From a virus, in the IMG/VR virus record IMGVR_UViG_3300011230_000030, positions 4,126-68,125 of that record: 64,000 nucleotides of DNA; one strand, given 5' to 3'. Shown one piece after another: positions 1-9,300 of the stretch. The stretch's first letter is position 1. Each line of letters starts with the position of its first letter. The notes under the pieces are model-generated. The model ran no database searches, was not told the origin of the DNA, and saw only the letters and a program-made list of their open reading frames with translations. The translations under genes were made by a program, and so were the position numbers.

Positions 1-1194
1 ATGCCCGGCGAGGATGGCCACGTTCGCGCGGATCCTCTCGGCGTACTGGCTGGCGTCGATCTTGGCATTGGCGGCCACCGCGTCCACTGCTTCCTGCATG
101 CTGCTGAAGGAGCGCTTGCCCTTCATCGCCTCGGCGATGTCGGCAACCAGCGTCGTCGGCATCGGAATGGCGTGCTCGCCCAGGGTCTCGTTGATGGCCA
201 GCACGTGCTGCTGCACCGCCCGGCGTGCGGCGTTGCCGATCTCGGTGCGGCGCTCGTCCTTGCGGCGCTTCACCAGCTTCTCCAGGTCCAGACGCTTGGC
301 CCGCGCCTCGGCCGCGATGTCATCGATCGTGCGGAACAGCAGGTCGATGCTCTCGGTCTGGCTCAGGGCGTGCTGCTTGGCCGCCTTCAGCTGTTCCTCG
401 ATGTTGCCGCACCACTTCACGGTGGTCTCGGCATCGGCAAAATCCTGGTCGCTCACCAGCTCGGTGCTGATGCCCTGGAACACGGCGATGGCCTGCTCCT
501 TCCACTCGGCCAGGTTCGAAGCGGTGACCATGCCGGTCACCTCGATGCGCAGGGCCGGCAGCTGGTCCGGGGCACGGCCGGAGGCAACAGGTGCGGCCAT
601 CGACGCCGGCTCGTACGCGGCAACGTCAGCCTCGAACTGGGCCCAGCCCGCAACGATCTTGGCGCGCAGCTCCGGGTTCGGGACGTACCAGCAGTGGCGT
701 TCCTCCACCAGTTCGTCGCCGGCCCACTTCGAAGCCATGAACAGCACTCGCTCGGCGCCGCTGACCATGGCCTGATGTTCCATCTGCACCTGGTAGTGCA
801 GCGGCAGGCAGGCGTCGGTGCCGTCCAGCGGCATGGCCAGACGCAGGTCGTCGTTGAGCGACTTGTGCTCAAAGGCCTTGTCCTCCAGCAGGGTCAGGCC
901 GTCGAAGCTGGCCGAGAACTTCCCGTCCACGCCGACGCAGGGATACAGCTCCTCGCCGATGATGCGCTCGGCCAGCGGCCGGGCCAGGTCTTCGAAGCGG
1001 TGGCCGTCGGCGAAGCGCTGCAGCGTGGCAGCGTCGTGCTCAACCGCCGCGCCAGTGGCGAACTCGCGCACCAACTGGCTGCGGGTCTTGTAAGGGCTGC
1101 AGCCCATCATCGCCGGCGCATCGCTGGCGTTGAAGTGCGCGGCGCGGTGGGCATGCCATTCCGGAGTGCCCTGGATCAGTTCCACGGTCTTCAT
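1..1194 (-). CDS. YqaJ/lambda-exonuclease-family recombinase (partial, runs off window; absent from the ORF track)
   Basis: Reverse strand reads MKTVELIQGTPEWHAHRAAHFNASDAPAMMGCSPYK...ASFDGLT...FEHK...YQVQMEHQ; ATGA overlap with bet. Confidence 0.9.
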   Translation of the reverse strand, partial: MKTVELIQGTPEWHAHRAAHFNASDAPAMMGCSPYKTRSQLVREFATGAAVEHDAATLQRFADGHRFEDLARPLAERIIGEELYPCVGVDGKFSASFDGLTLLEDKAFEHKSLNDDLRLAMPLDGTDACLPLHYQVQMEHQAMVSGAERVLFMASKWAGDELVEERHCWYVPNPELRAKIVAGWAQFEADVAAYEPASMAAPVASGRAPDQLPALRIEVTGMVTASNLAEWKEQAIAVFQGISTELVSDQDFADAETTVKWCGNIEEQLKAAKQHALSQTESIDLLFRTIDDIAAEARAKRLDLEKLVKRRKDERRTEIGNAARRAVQQHVLAINETLGEHAIPMPTTLVADIAEAMKGKRSFSSMQEAVDAVAANAKIDASQYAERIRANVAILAGH

Positions 1195-2135
1195 GCGCGC
1201 TCTCCTTCGCCCGGCGCATCCCAGTCGATGGGGCCGGTGTCTTCGCTGGTGCTGGTGGTGGTCGAGGCGGCATCGGTGGCATCAGTGGCGATGTCGTCCA
1301 CCTGTTCGTAATCCTCGATGGCGATCATCTGCTCCTCGGTCAGGGAGCCTTTCGTCTTGACCATGTTGATGATCTGGCTGGCCGTCTTTTTGCCAGCGGC
1401 GATCAGTGCCCCCCAAGCCGGCAGGTTCTCCTTGAACTTGTCGGCCGGGTAGGGCGGCAGCTCGCGAGGCAGCTGCTGCTGCGGGTCCTGGCGAACCTGG
1501 GCGGCTTCGCCCTCGATAACGCGGCCTTCCATCTCCTCTGCGGTCGGCTGGGCGCCCACAGCCTCCGGGAAGGCCTTTCGCAGGGCCAGCGCTTCAGCGC
1601 ACTTCTCCAGCTGTCCGAAGGGGCGCTTCTTCCACATGGCATTCGGTGCATCGCTGTCGCGCTTGGCGGTCGCGTAGCTCTCCAGCCAGTAGGCCTTTGC
1701 CGAGTAGCGCACGGGGTTCCCGTTCACCAGGCGGTAGACGGAAACGCTGCACCACTCCGGATAGCGAACACGCACGCCGCTGAGGGTGTCTTCGATGGTC
1801 GGGCCGAACGTGGCCTCATCCTGGCCTGCGTACTCGCCGGTGCGGTGCGCCTTGGTCCGGTACAGCTCGATGCCCGGCATGATCACGTCGCGCATGCCTG
1901 CCGGGCTGATGACCCGGTTCCCCTGCTTCTTCTCTGGAACCCACATGGGCACGATGTGCACGGGCTTGGTCATCGGGTCCAAACCACCGGCGCGGCAATA
2001 GGCCAGCACCATGTCCACGGAATCATCAGTGGCGCCCGGGTACAGACTGGTCTTCAGGGCAGTGCGAATGGCTTCGGCCTGCTCGGCCGTCGCCAGCTCC
2101 CCGGCGCGCGGCTTCATGGGTGCGATGTTGCTCAT
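1191..2135 (-). CDS. bet: Phage recombination protein Bet (RecT/Redbeta family)
   Basis: YC...GLDP..K.VHIVPMW, GI..YR..AHRTG.YAG, W.K.P..QL.KCAEA.ALRKAFP motifs; adjacent to exonuclease. Confidence 0.92.
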   Translation of the reverse strand: MSNIAPMKPRAGELATAEQAEAIRTALKTSLYPGATDDSVDMVLAYCRAGGLDPMTKPVHIVPMWVPEKKQGNRVISPAGMRDVIMPGIELYRTKAHRTGEYAGQDEATFGPTIEDTLSGVRVRYPEWCSVSVYRLVNGNPVRYSAKAYWLESYATAKRDSDAPNAMWKKRPFGQLEKCAEALALRKAFPEAVGAQPTAEEMEGRVIEGEAAQVRQDPQQQLPRELPPYPADKFKENLPAWGALIAAGKKTASQIINMVKTKGSLTEEQMIAIEDYEQVDDIATDATDAASTTTSTSEDTGPIDWDAPGEGERA

Positions 2136-2281
2136 TGAATGCTCCGGCCGGCATAGCCGGCGATGTGGGAATGAGGTGCCCCGTCATCCCGGGGCCACGG
2201 AGGGAACGATCGATCCCTGCGCGATGGGTAAGTGCCCGGCTCTCGGAGCCGCCGCCGGGCGGGCGGGTGCTTCCCTGCGGG

Positions 2282-2854
2282 TTACTTCGAGATGACGCCG
2301 ACCTTCAGCGTCGTGGAGATCTCGGCGAGCTTGGTCTTGACCGTTTCCTGGATGCCGGTCGCGATCGCGCTGTTGGCGATCTTCAGTGCGTCCTTCATGG
2401 CGCTGTCGATGCTGTAGTGGAGGTGCTGATGGACCAGGTGCGTGATACGGGTCTGCGTGCCCGACCAGCTGTAGCTGCCAGCCTCGTCCTTCGTCTTGCC
2501 GTCGAAGTTCACCTTCTCCTGCATGTAGGCTTCCGCCCTGCGGGTCAGGTACTCGATGAAGGTCACCTTTTCGCCGGTCTTCTCTCCCCAGCGGTTCGTT
2601 TCCTGCAGGGTCAGGTTCTCGATGTAGGTGGCCACGTTGGGAAGCACCTCGCGCTCGGCGATGGTGTTGATCGTCGTTTCGATCTGCTCCCTGACGCGGG
2701 CCTGCATCTGGCGCTGGAACTGGCTTGCGGTGGTGAATTCGTTGTCGTCTTCGTCGTAGCCGACGCCTTCCAGCAGCTTCGCGCAGATGCGAGCGATCAC
2801 GCGCTCTTGCAGTTCTTCCTTGGTGAAGCCGAGGGATTCGAGGGTGATATCCAT
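2282..2854 (-). CDS. Hypothetical phage protein
   Basis: 190-aa ORF with GGAG RBS in early-left operon. Confidence 0.75.
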   Translation of the reverse strand: MDITLESLGFTKEELQERVIARICAKLLEGVGYDEDDNEFTTASQFQRQMQARVREQIETTINTIAEREVLPNVATYIENLTLQETNRWGEKTGEKVTFIEYLTRRAEAYMQEKVNFDGKTKDEAGSYSWSGTQTRITHLVHQHLHYSIDSAMKDALKIANSAIATGIQETVKTKLAEISTTLKVGVISK

Positions 2855-2932
2855 GTTGTTCTCCGGGGTGAATGAGGTGCCGGCGTCGTGGAATCCCGGC
2901 CGGCGCGGGGCCCGTGAGGGCGGGGGAATGCG

Positions 2933-3451
2933 TTACGCGGCGAGGTCTTCCTGCTGCGCGGGAGCGCTCGGCGGCGTGAGGGTCAGACGCACCTCGCCGC
3001 GGCGCCATGCAGAGATCAGCTCGGCGTCTTCGTCCTCGTCCAGCAGCACCGAGACGGTGAAGCCCATGGCCACGCTGCCGCCTTCGAGCGGTTTCCAGGT
3101 GATCTTTTTCACCTTGGCGTCGGCGAAGAACACCGGTTCGATGTGGTCCATCAGGGAGCCGATCGACAGCTCGTAGCCTTCGAACTTGCCGGTGATGTCC
3201 TGCTCGCCCAGCAGCGGCAGGTTCAGCGCCACCAGGTCGGTGCTGCCTTCCATCGGCAGGTTCTGCTGCTGGCCCTTGTCGGCCTTCTTCCAGAACGCCG
3301 GCAGGATGGCCGGGTCGATGGTGTTGAGGATCGTGTTCGGAGCGTTCAGCGAGAACTTCAGGTCAGCAGCGGCCGCGTCTTCGTCGCCGTGCTTTTCCTT
3401 CCGCAGGTTCAGATGCGAGAACACCGCATCGTGTTGATCGAGTTGGAACAT
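2933..3451 (-). CDS. Hypothetical phage protein (start trimmed to MFQLDQH)
   Basis: GAGG RBS before ATG at 3451; natural composition from there on. Confidence 0.75.
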   Translation of the reverse strand: MFQLDQHDAVFSHLNLRKEKHGDEDAAAADLKFSLNAPNTILNTIDPAILPAFWKKADKGQQQNLPMEGSTDLVALNLPLLGEQDITGKFEGYELSIGSLMDHIEPVFFADAKVKKITWKPLEGGSVAMGFTVSVLLDEDEDAELISAWRRGEVRLTLTPPSAPAQQEDLAA

Positions 3452-3605
3452 CGGTGGTGCCTCTCGTAGGAGCCGGCCGCGCCGGCGGGAAGTCAGGACC
3501 AGGACCACGCCAGCGGCCAGCACATGGCGGCTGCGAGCGCAGCGGTGATGGCGTAGCAGGCGAGGCAGGCGGCGAAGTCGCGCCAGCTGCGGCAGCCGAT
3601 GGCGG

Positions 3606-3923
3606 TCAGAAAACGCATGTGGCCCCCGATTCGCAGGCCGCGAGAGCCGCGCGCAGGCGGTCATCTGCGGCGATCTGGTCGGCCAGGTCGCGGGCTGCGA
3701 GGGACGCGTGGGCGGCGGCGCGCAGTTCGATCAGCGGCGCACGTAGTGAGCGCAGCTCTTCCAGTTGGATCCGCGCGTGTTCGGCCATCCGGTCCGCGGT
3801 CACCTGCCGGGCGCCGTGCTTGGCGGCAGCCTTGTCGGCTTGCTTGCCGTAGCGTGCGGCGCGGTCAGCTCGGTCCCGCAACTGGCGATCCAGTACGGCC
3901 AGCACATCCACGGCCCGGCTCAC
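3606..3923 (-). CDS. Hypothetical phage protein
   Basis: GTGA overlap with upstream ORF; helical Ala/Arg-rich sequence. Confidence 0.55.
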   Translation of the reverse strand: MSRAVDVLAVLDRQLRDRADRAARYGKQADKAAAKHGARQVTADRMAEHARIQLEELRSLRAPLIELRAAAHASLAARDLADQIAADDRLRAALAACESGATCVF

Positions 3924-4036
3924 GACAGCACCGCCTGCGCCAGCAGCGAGGCCAGCACGCCAATGCACAGCGCCAGGAAGTGGCTCACGCAGGTGGCCAG
4001 CACGCTGCGGAGGTACTCGCGTTCGGCGGCGGTCAT
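3920..4036 (-). CDS. Small hydrophobic phage protein
   Basis: ATGA-coupled 38-aa ORF MTAAEREY..., one hydrophobic segment. Confidence 0.45.
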   Translation of the reverse strand: MTAAEREYLRSVLATCVSHFLALCIGVLASLLAQAVLS

Positions 4037-4497
4037 GCCGCCACCTGCTGCAGTGCGCGGGCCGTGTCGTTGGCGCACATCTGCGCCTGGGCCAGCATGT
4101 CGACCGCAGCCAGACCGCTGCAGGGGCGCATGGCGCGCATCCGGTACAGGCGGTAGTAGTGCAGCCGCTCCGCCTTTCGGATGGCCGTCATGGCCCAGCT
4201 GAATCGGTCCTTTCGGTACTTCGCCACCAGCAGCAGGGGGTCGATCAGGCCGTCGGCAATCTCGCCTTCGCCGTTGCAGCGGCCGCAGTCCACGCCGTAC
4301 TCGCACTGCGGGTCGCCGATGGCGCTGTCGTTGCGGGTGTGTTCGCCGGTGCCCTCGCAGTCCGGGCAGGCGATGAAGCCATTGGCCGGGTGCAGCGGAA
4401 GGCCCCGTTCCTCGCGGCAATCGTCCTGGCACCGCAGGTGCGACCGCAGGTCCTGGTAGCCAGACCGCGTGGTGTTGCGTGGCAGGTTCTCGAACAT
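4033..4497 (-). CDS. Phage protein with DnaJ-type zinc-finger repeats
   Basis: CPDCEGTG and CGRCNGEG motifs; first gene after pL. Confidence 0.7.
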   Translation of the reverse strand: MFENLPRNTTRSGYQDLRSHLRCQDDCREERGLPLHPANGFIACPDCEGTGEHTRNDSAIGDPQCEYGVDCGRCNGEGEIADGLIDPLLLVAKYRKDRFSWAMTAIRKAERLHYYRLYRMRAMRPCSGLAAVDMLAQAQMCANDTARALQQVAA

Positions 4498-4539
4498 GTG
4501 GAGCCCCGTCTGGATGGCCCGGGTGGGCCGACGGAATCG

Positions 4540-4581
4540 AGATTAGGGGCGCTAATCTTCCCTGTCAATAGGGGCGCTTAT
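4540..4581 (-). promoter_or_regulatory. pL promoter with two operators (OL)
   Basis: Minus strand TTGACA-17 bp-TAATCT; operators ATTAGGGGCGCTAAT (4542-4556) and AATAGGGGCGCTTAT (4567-4581). Confidence 0.85.
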
Positions 4582-4626
4582 ATTTCTTTTGGCAGTTGTC
4601 CAGATCGGGCGGAGCCAGGGTACGGA

Positions 4627-4995
4627 TTATTGATCGACCGATCGGCAGATTAGAGAGGGGAGGTGGAAGCCCACCCACAGGGCGATGAAGGTGGCCACTA
4701 TCCCTCGAATGGGAGAGAACCCGCCTTCCTCATCTACGAGACCGAAGGAATCCGGGAGCCACCAGAGGACGGCATACGTGCCGGCGTACGCCATGATCCC
4801 GAACCCGATCACCGCCGCCAAGTAGTAAGCCCATGCGAACGCGGTTTTTCCTCTGCCCGCATCTGGGTGGCCAGTTCCGTGAGAGAGACGCGCCAGCCAA
4901 GCCGAGGCAAAGTGGCTGGCCAGCAGCATGTGCAGGGCAGCCAGCAGCGGCAGCATCCCCAGGACGCCTATGCTGATCAGCACTGCAGCTTTCAT
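4627..4995 (-). CDS. Multi-pass membrane protein co-transcribed with cI (immunity-region cargo)
   Basis: ATGA overlap with cI stop; three hydrophobic segments. Confidence 0.7.
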   Translation of the reverse strand: MKAAVLISIGVLGMLPLLAALHMLLASHFASAWLARLSHGTGHPDAGRGKTAFAWAYYLAAVIGFGIMAYAGTYAVLWWLPDSFGLVDEEGGFSPIRGIVATFIALWVGFHLPSLICRSVDQ

Positions 4996-5717
4996 TCTTC
5001 CCAGCTCCCGATCCATCGAACGCGGCCGATTATCTGTATTGGGTGGCGGGGGCTGTCCATGCGCTTTGGCTTGCGCCAGTTGTGGTCGCCACGCGGGTTG
5101 TCGGCCTTGAAGAACACCAGGTCATCGATCACCTCGCAGCGCTTCACCTGGTACTCCTTCGCTGCGCCACCCCCATCCACCATAACCACGTAGAGATGCC
5201 CATCACGGGGACGCGTGTCGGTGGTGTCGAAAAGAACCGCATCACCGCTGTGGATGCGTGGTTCCATGCTGTCGCCGCGACCGTACATCACCGCTAAGGC
5301 ATCAGGACGCAGGCGCTTCCGTGCCAGAGACTCGGCGCGGAACTTCAGGCGATGGGTCTCTGCGTATTCCTGTGCTTCAGGGCCGCCACCAAGGCCCATC
5401 GCCTGGGCGTAGCCCTTAATGTCTGCCCAGTCGCCGTTGTCGGCCGGCGCTCCGAGCAGCTGCTGCTCAGGTAGGTCGCGGCGCACGTCGGTGTCGTTGA
5501 TGCCCAGCAGCCGGCAGAACACCAACAGCGTCCGATAGTTCATCGGGATCTTACCGTTGAGGTACTGGCTCACCGCTCCCTGCGTGATGCCCAGCTCGTC
5601 GGCCACTTGGTCCTGCGTCAACCCAAGGGACCGCGCACGCGCCTGCCACTCCAGTTTGAGCTTTGCGGCAGCGGCGACATCCGCCGGGGTGGGCTTCGAT
5701 TTACGGCTGTTTTCCAT
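4992..5717 (-). CDS. cI: CI-like repressor (HTH + S24 autopeptidase)
   Basis: LTQDQVADELGITQGAVSQYLNG HTH; GDSMEP and VKR catalytic Ser/Lys motifs. Confidence 0.93.
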   Translation of the reverse strand: MENSRKSKPTPADVAAAAKLKLEWQARARSLGLTQDQVADELGITQGAVSQYLNGKIPMNYRTLLVFCRLLGINDTDVRRDLPEQQLLGAPADNGDWADIKGYAQAMGLGGGPEAQEYAETHRLKFRAESLARKRLRPDALAVMYGRGDSMEPRIHSGDAVLFDTTDTRPRDGHLYVVMVDGGGAAKEYQVKRCEVIDDLVFFKADNPRGDHNWRKPKRMDSPRHPIQIIGRVRWIGSWEE

Positions 5718-5795
5718 ATCAGGAACGCTAATTGGAGCGGGTTCAGGAAGCCATGAGGGGCGCTATTGATCTTTCACATCAGGGGCGCTAATAAT
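5718..5795. promoter_or_regulatory. OR region: three operators with divergent pRM/pR
   Basis: ATCAGGAACGCTAAT (5718-5732), ATGAGGGGCGCTATT (5753-5767), ATCAGGGGCGCTAAT (5778-5792) match the OL sites; TTGATC...AATAAT on plus strand. Confidence 0.85.
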
Positions 5796-5802
5796 GCGGC
5801 CT

Positions 5803-6024
5803 ATGGACATCGCCACCTACCGCAAAGAAAAGGGGCTGTCGCAGTCGGCGTTCGCCGATCTGCTGACGGCATCGGGCTCACCGGCTACGCAGGGCCTCGT
5901 CTCCCAGTGGGAGAAGGGCGCAACGATTCCGGCCGAACGGGTCGTCGAGATCGAGAAGGCGACCGGGGGAGAGGTGAAGCGGCACTCGCTTCGCCCGGAT
6001 CTCTGGGCCGAGGCCACTGCCTGA
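5803..6024 (+). CDS. cro: Cro-like repressor (YdaS family)
   Basis: Small HTH divergent from cI; IEKATGGEV...LRPDLW signature. Confidence 0.88.
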   Translation: MDIATYRKEKGLSQSAFADLLTASGSPATQGLVSQWEKGATIPAERVVEIEKATGGEVKRHSLRPDLWAEATA

Positions 6025-6319
6025 CATGTCCATCTACGGCGCCGCGATGGGGAAAGGGATCACCACCCCGGGCATCTTCCGGCGCCGTCTCGGCCTCACC
6101 ACCTGGCCGACCGGCCGCACGTCGACCCGCTCGCCGACCCGCTTCAGCACGAACCACTTCCCACCCATCCGCATGAGCGTCAGGACGTTGGCTCCGGCCA
6201 GCTGATTCGTTTTTGCCACAAGGCTGCACTCCGATTGGGGATGCGGCCATTTTCAGAACCAGTCAGGGGAACGCAGGGGAAAACGTCTTCCCCCGCATTC
6301 CCACCCACGGGATAACTGC

Positions 6320-6685
6320 ATGAAAAGCCTAACAATTACCTACGACGACTCGGTGGCTCGCAGTCGCTCGTTGCGTGAACACATCGCCACCCAGGTGTAC
6401 GCCGGCGCAGGTGTCACGGCGGTGGCCGGCCGGCTCGACATGGCCCCTTCGAAGCTGAGCGAGAAGCTGGCCGGCTGCGACAGCAGCGGCAAGCCGCGGG
6501 GGCTGTCCATCGACGACTTCGAGCGCTACGTGGACGAGACGAAGGATGTGTCGCCGATTCACTACCTCGTCGAGCGCTACCTGATCTCGCCGGAGGCGCA
6601 GCACGCCGAGGCCATCGCCCAGTTCACCAAGCTGGTGGCGGCGATCGAGCCGCTGGCCAAGAGCCTGGGGGTCAAGTGGCCATGA
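6320..6685 (+). CDS. CII-like phage regulatory protein
   Basis: Downstream of cro; VAGRLDMAPSKLSEKL HTH-like segment. Confidence 0.6.
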   Translation: MKSLTITYDDSVARSRSLREHIATQVYAGAGVTAVAGRLDMAPSKLSEKLAGCDSSGKPRGLSIDDFERYVDETKDVSPIHYLVERYLISPEAQHAEAIAQFTKLVAAIEPLAKSLGVKWP

Positions 6686-6897
6686 ACGCCAACACGATCA
6701 ACCTGGCCGACGAGCAGCGCGAGCGCCGCATCCGCGAGCTGGCGGCGGCCATGAGGGTCGCCAGGTCCTGTGGCGATGGCTCGGCGCTACGGCGCCTATG
6801 GAGCGAGCTGCGCGCGTCGGTGCTGGCCCGTTCCCCAGAGCAGGTGCGTGCCATGGAGCAGCGCATGGGCATGCAGGAGGGCCGTTGCCATGGCTGA
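6682..6897 (+). CDS. Hypothetical phage protein
   Basis: ATGA-coupled ORF followed by GGAGG RBS of the replication gene. Confidence 0.6.
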   Translation: MNANTINLADEQRERRIRELAAAMRVARSCGDGSALRRLWSELRASVLARSPEQVRAMEQRMGMQEGRCHG

Positions 6898-7867
6898 GGC
6901 AGACGTTCGCCAAGCCAAGGGCCGGTATCGCAAGGTCGAGGTGCGCACGTGGGGCGATGAGAAGTTCCGCCGCCTTACGCCGATCCCGCCTTGCGGCCAA
7001 GGCCTGTGGCTGTTCCTGATCACTGGCCCCCACACCGGCCCGATCCCCGGCCTGTTCCGTGCTGGCCGTGCGGCGATGGCCGAGGAACTGGATTGGGAAG
7101 TGGAAGACTTCGATAAAGCCTTTGGGGAAGCCTTCCGCGAAGGCATGGTTAAAGCCGACTTCAAAGCCCGCGTTGTGTGGGTGCCGAAGGCTATCAACCA
7201 CAACCGGCCCGAGTCGCCCAACGTGGTGCTGAGCTGGGCCGCTGAGTTCGACCTGATCCCCGAGTGCGCCCTGAAATGGGAAGCTCTCGAAGTGCTGAGA
7301 GCCTTTGTTTACGGGCTTGGAGAGGCTTTCGCAAAGGCATTCGATAGGGCTTTCGGGAAGGCTTCCCAGAAGGCTTTGCCGAAGACTATGCCTAATCAGG
7401 AGCAGGAACAGGAACAGGAACAGGAACAGGAAGAAGATGAAGCCACTGACGTGGCTTTGCCGGCAGCAGGCGGCGATGCCGCTGCTGACGCCGATGGCGA
7501 AGAGGGCGGCGATGCAGGGGAGGGCGAGGACCTGCTGGGCAAGGTGCCGAAGAAGGTCGGCACGCCGCCATGCCCGCACCTGAAGATCATCGACCTGTAC
7601 CACGACATCCTCCCGGAACTGACCGAGGTCCGTGTGTGGGAGGGCGAGCGCGAGCGAAAGCTGGCGGCCCGCTGGAAGGGCGACAAGGCGCGGCAGAACC
7701 TGGACTGGTGGCGCAGCTTCTTCGAGTCCGTGCGCGGCATGCCGTTCCTGATGGGCGAGCGCACTGGCCGTGACGGTCGGGCCTTCACCTGCACGCTGGA
7801 ATGGCTGGTCAGCCCGAAGAACTTCGCCAAAGTCATCGAAGGCAACTACGTGGACCTGCGCCGATGA
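6890..7867 (+). CDS. Phage replication initiator (O-like)
   Basis: N-terminal YRK.....W.DEKF..L; internal repeats and QE linker; C-terminal LEWL....NF.KV.EGNY; followed by DnaB. Confidence 0.8.
   Translation: MAEADVRQAKGRYRKVEVRTWGDEKFRRLTPIPPCGQGLWLFLITGPHTGPIPGLFRAGRAAMAEELDWEVEDFDKAFGEAFREGMVKADFKARVVWVPKAINHNRPESPNVVLSWAAEFDLIPECALKWEALEVLRAFVYGLGEAFAKAFDRAFGKASQKALPKTMPNQEQEQEQEQEQEEDEATDVALPAAGGDAAADADGEEGGDAGEGEDLLGKVPKKVGTPPCPHLKIIDLYHDILPELTEVRVWEGERERKLAARWKGDKARQNLDWWRSFFESVRGMPFLMGERTGRDGRAFTCTLEWLVSPKNFAKVIEGNYVDLRR
7322..7432. repeat. Probable replication origin of prophage 1: six degenerate 12-bp repeats then (CAGGAR)x6
   Basis: GAGGCTTTCGCA/AAGGCATTCGAT/AGGGCTTTCGGG/AAGGCTTCCCAG/AAGGCTTTGCCG/AAGACTATGCCT in tandem inside the initiator gene. 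Confidence 0.65.
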
Positions 7868-9300
7868 ACGCACTCCGCGAACAAGAGCCCATGCGCGGCC
7901 CCTTTAACCTCGACGCCGAAACGGCGGTGCTGGCGGGCCTGCTGCTGCACAACTCCGAGCTGGCCAACGTCCAGGACTGGCTCGGTGCAGACGACTTCTA
8001 TTCCCCGGACAACCGCACCATCTATGCCGCGATCGTGGAGCTGACCGGCGCGAACAAGCCTGCGGACGGCGTCACTGTTGGCGAGTGGCTGCTGGCGCAG
8101 GGCGGCGAGGACGGCGACCGCCTCGCGACAATGGCAATGGAGCTGGCATCTACCGCCTACACCGCGTCGAACGTCGTCTCCTACGCCGAGGTGATCGTCG
8201 AGCATTCGCACATGCGGCAGTTCATCGACACCTGCCAGAAGGCGCTCGGCGCCGCCCAAGGGCGCCGCGGTCACTCTGCGGAGCAGCTGGCGGCGCACCT
8301 CGCAACGCGGCTGAGTGCCATCGCGCCGGTTCGGGCGACGGGCCTGCGGCCGTACCGCGAGGTGATGAATCGATTCGCCACCCAGATGGCCGAGCGTCAC
8401 CAGCATGGGCGTCGTGTGGGCATGCCGACGCCGTGGGCGGACGTGAACAAGGCCATCGGTGGACTGTTGGACGGCCAGGTGATCGTGCTGGCCGCGCGCT
8501 CGAACATCGGCAAGTCGCTGCTGGCTTTCCAGCAGGCGCGCTTTACCGGCTTGCGTGGCGATCCAGTTGCGGTGTTCTCCATGGAAATGGTCGACACCGA
8601 CGTGGCAGCACGCGACGTGGCTGCGCTGGGAGAGGTGCCGCTGCAGTGGATCATCGGCCAGGATGAAGGCGCCACTGCGGAAGACGCGGACCTCTACTGG
8701 GCGCGCAGCACCGAAGCGATCCGCAGCATGATGGGCGCCTCGATCTTCCTGGACGATGACCCGCAACTGTCGGCGCCTCAGATCGTCGCTCGCGCCAAAC
8801 GTGCCCATGCACGCAAGCCGCTGCGGCTGGTCGTGATCGATCACCTGCACGAAATGTCGCTGCCGGGAAAGCAGGACGAGGCGCTGGAGCGCGGGCAGGC
8901 GCTGCGCGACATCAAGGGGCTGGCCAAGTTCCTGAAGTGCCCTGTGCTGGTGCTGGCCCAGCTCAATCGAGCAGGCGCCAAGGGGGAACGCCCGAAGGTG
9001 ACCGACATCCGTGGATCGGGCGGCATCGAAGAAGTGGCCGACGTGATCCTGTTCGTCCACCGGCCCGACGTCTACAACCCGACCGACCGCCCTGGACTGG
9101 TCGAGGTGATCGTGGGCAAGGGGCGGAACATCCAGACCGGCACCGTCGTTTCGCTGCGCAACGAGTACCAGTTCCAGCGTGCCGTCGATTGGGACGGACC
9201 CGCGTTCGAGTTCGAGCAGACCGCTCCGCCGGCAAAGCCGCATAGGCAGTTGGCGCAGCGTCTCGGCAGCCGTCGCCGCGACCAAGGAGACGACGAATGA
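7864..9300 (+). CDS. DnaB-like replicative helicase
   Basis: Walker A LAARSNIGKS, FSMEM, VVIDHL, LAQLNR, DIRGSGGIEEVADVILF. Confidence 0.95.
   Translation: MNALREQEPMRGPFNLDAETAVLAGLLLHNSELANVQDWLGADDFYSPDNRTIYAAIVELTGANKPADGVTVGEWLLAQGGEDGDRLATMAMELASTAYTASNVVSYAEVIVEHSHMRQFIDTCQKALGAAQGRRGHSAEQLAAHLATRLSAIAPVRATGLRPYREVMNRFATQMAERHQHGRRVGMPTPWADVNKAIGGLLDGQVIVLAARSNIGKSLLAFQQARFTGLRGDPVAVFSMEMVDTDVAARDVAALGEVPLQWIIGQDEGATAEDADLYWARSTEAIRSMMGASIFLDDDPQLSAPQIVARAKRAHARKPLRLVVIDHLHEMSLPGKQDEALERGQALRDIKGLAKFLKCPVLVLAQLNRAGAKGERPKVTDIRGSGGIEEVADVILFVHRPDVYNPTDRPGLVEVIVGKGRNIQTGTVVSLRNEYQFQRAVDWDGPAFEFEQTAPPAKPHRQLAQRLGSRRRDQGDDE

Noticed and set aside
1-1311. 436-aa plus-strand ORF in the track
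   Set aside because: Antisense shadow of the minus-strand YqaJ gene, which has clear motifs but runs off the window
7397-7432. (CAGGAA)n as a phase-variation tract
   Set aside because: Unit length is a multiple of three, so slippage keeps frame; QE linkers are common in phage initiators
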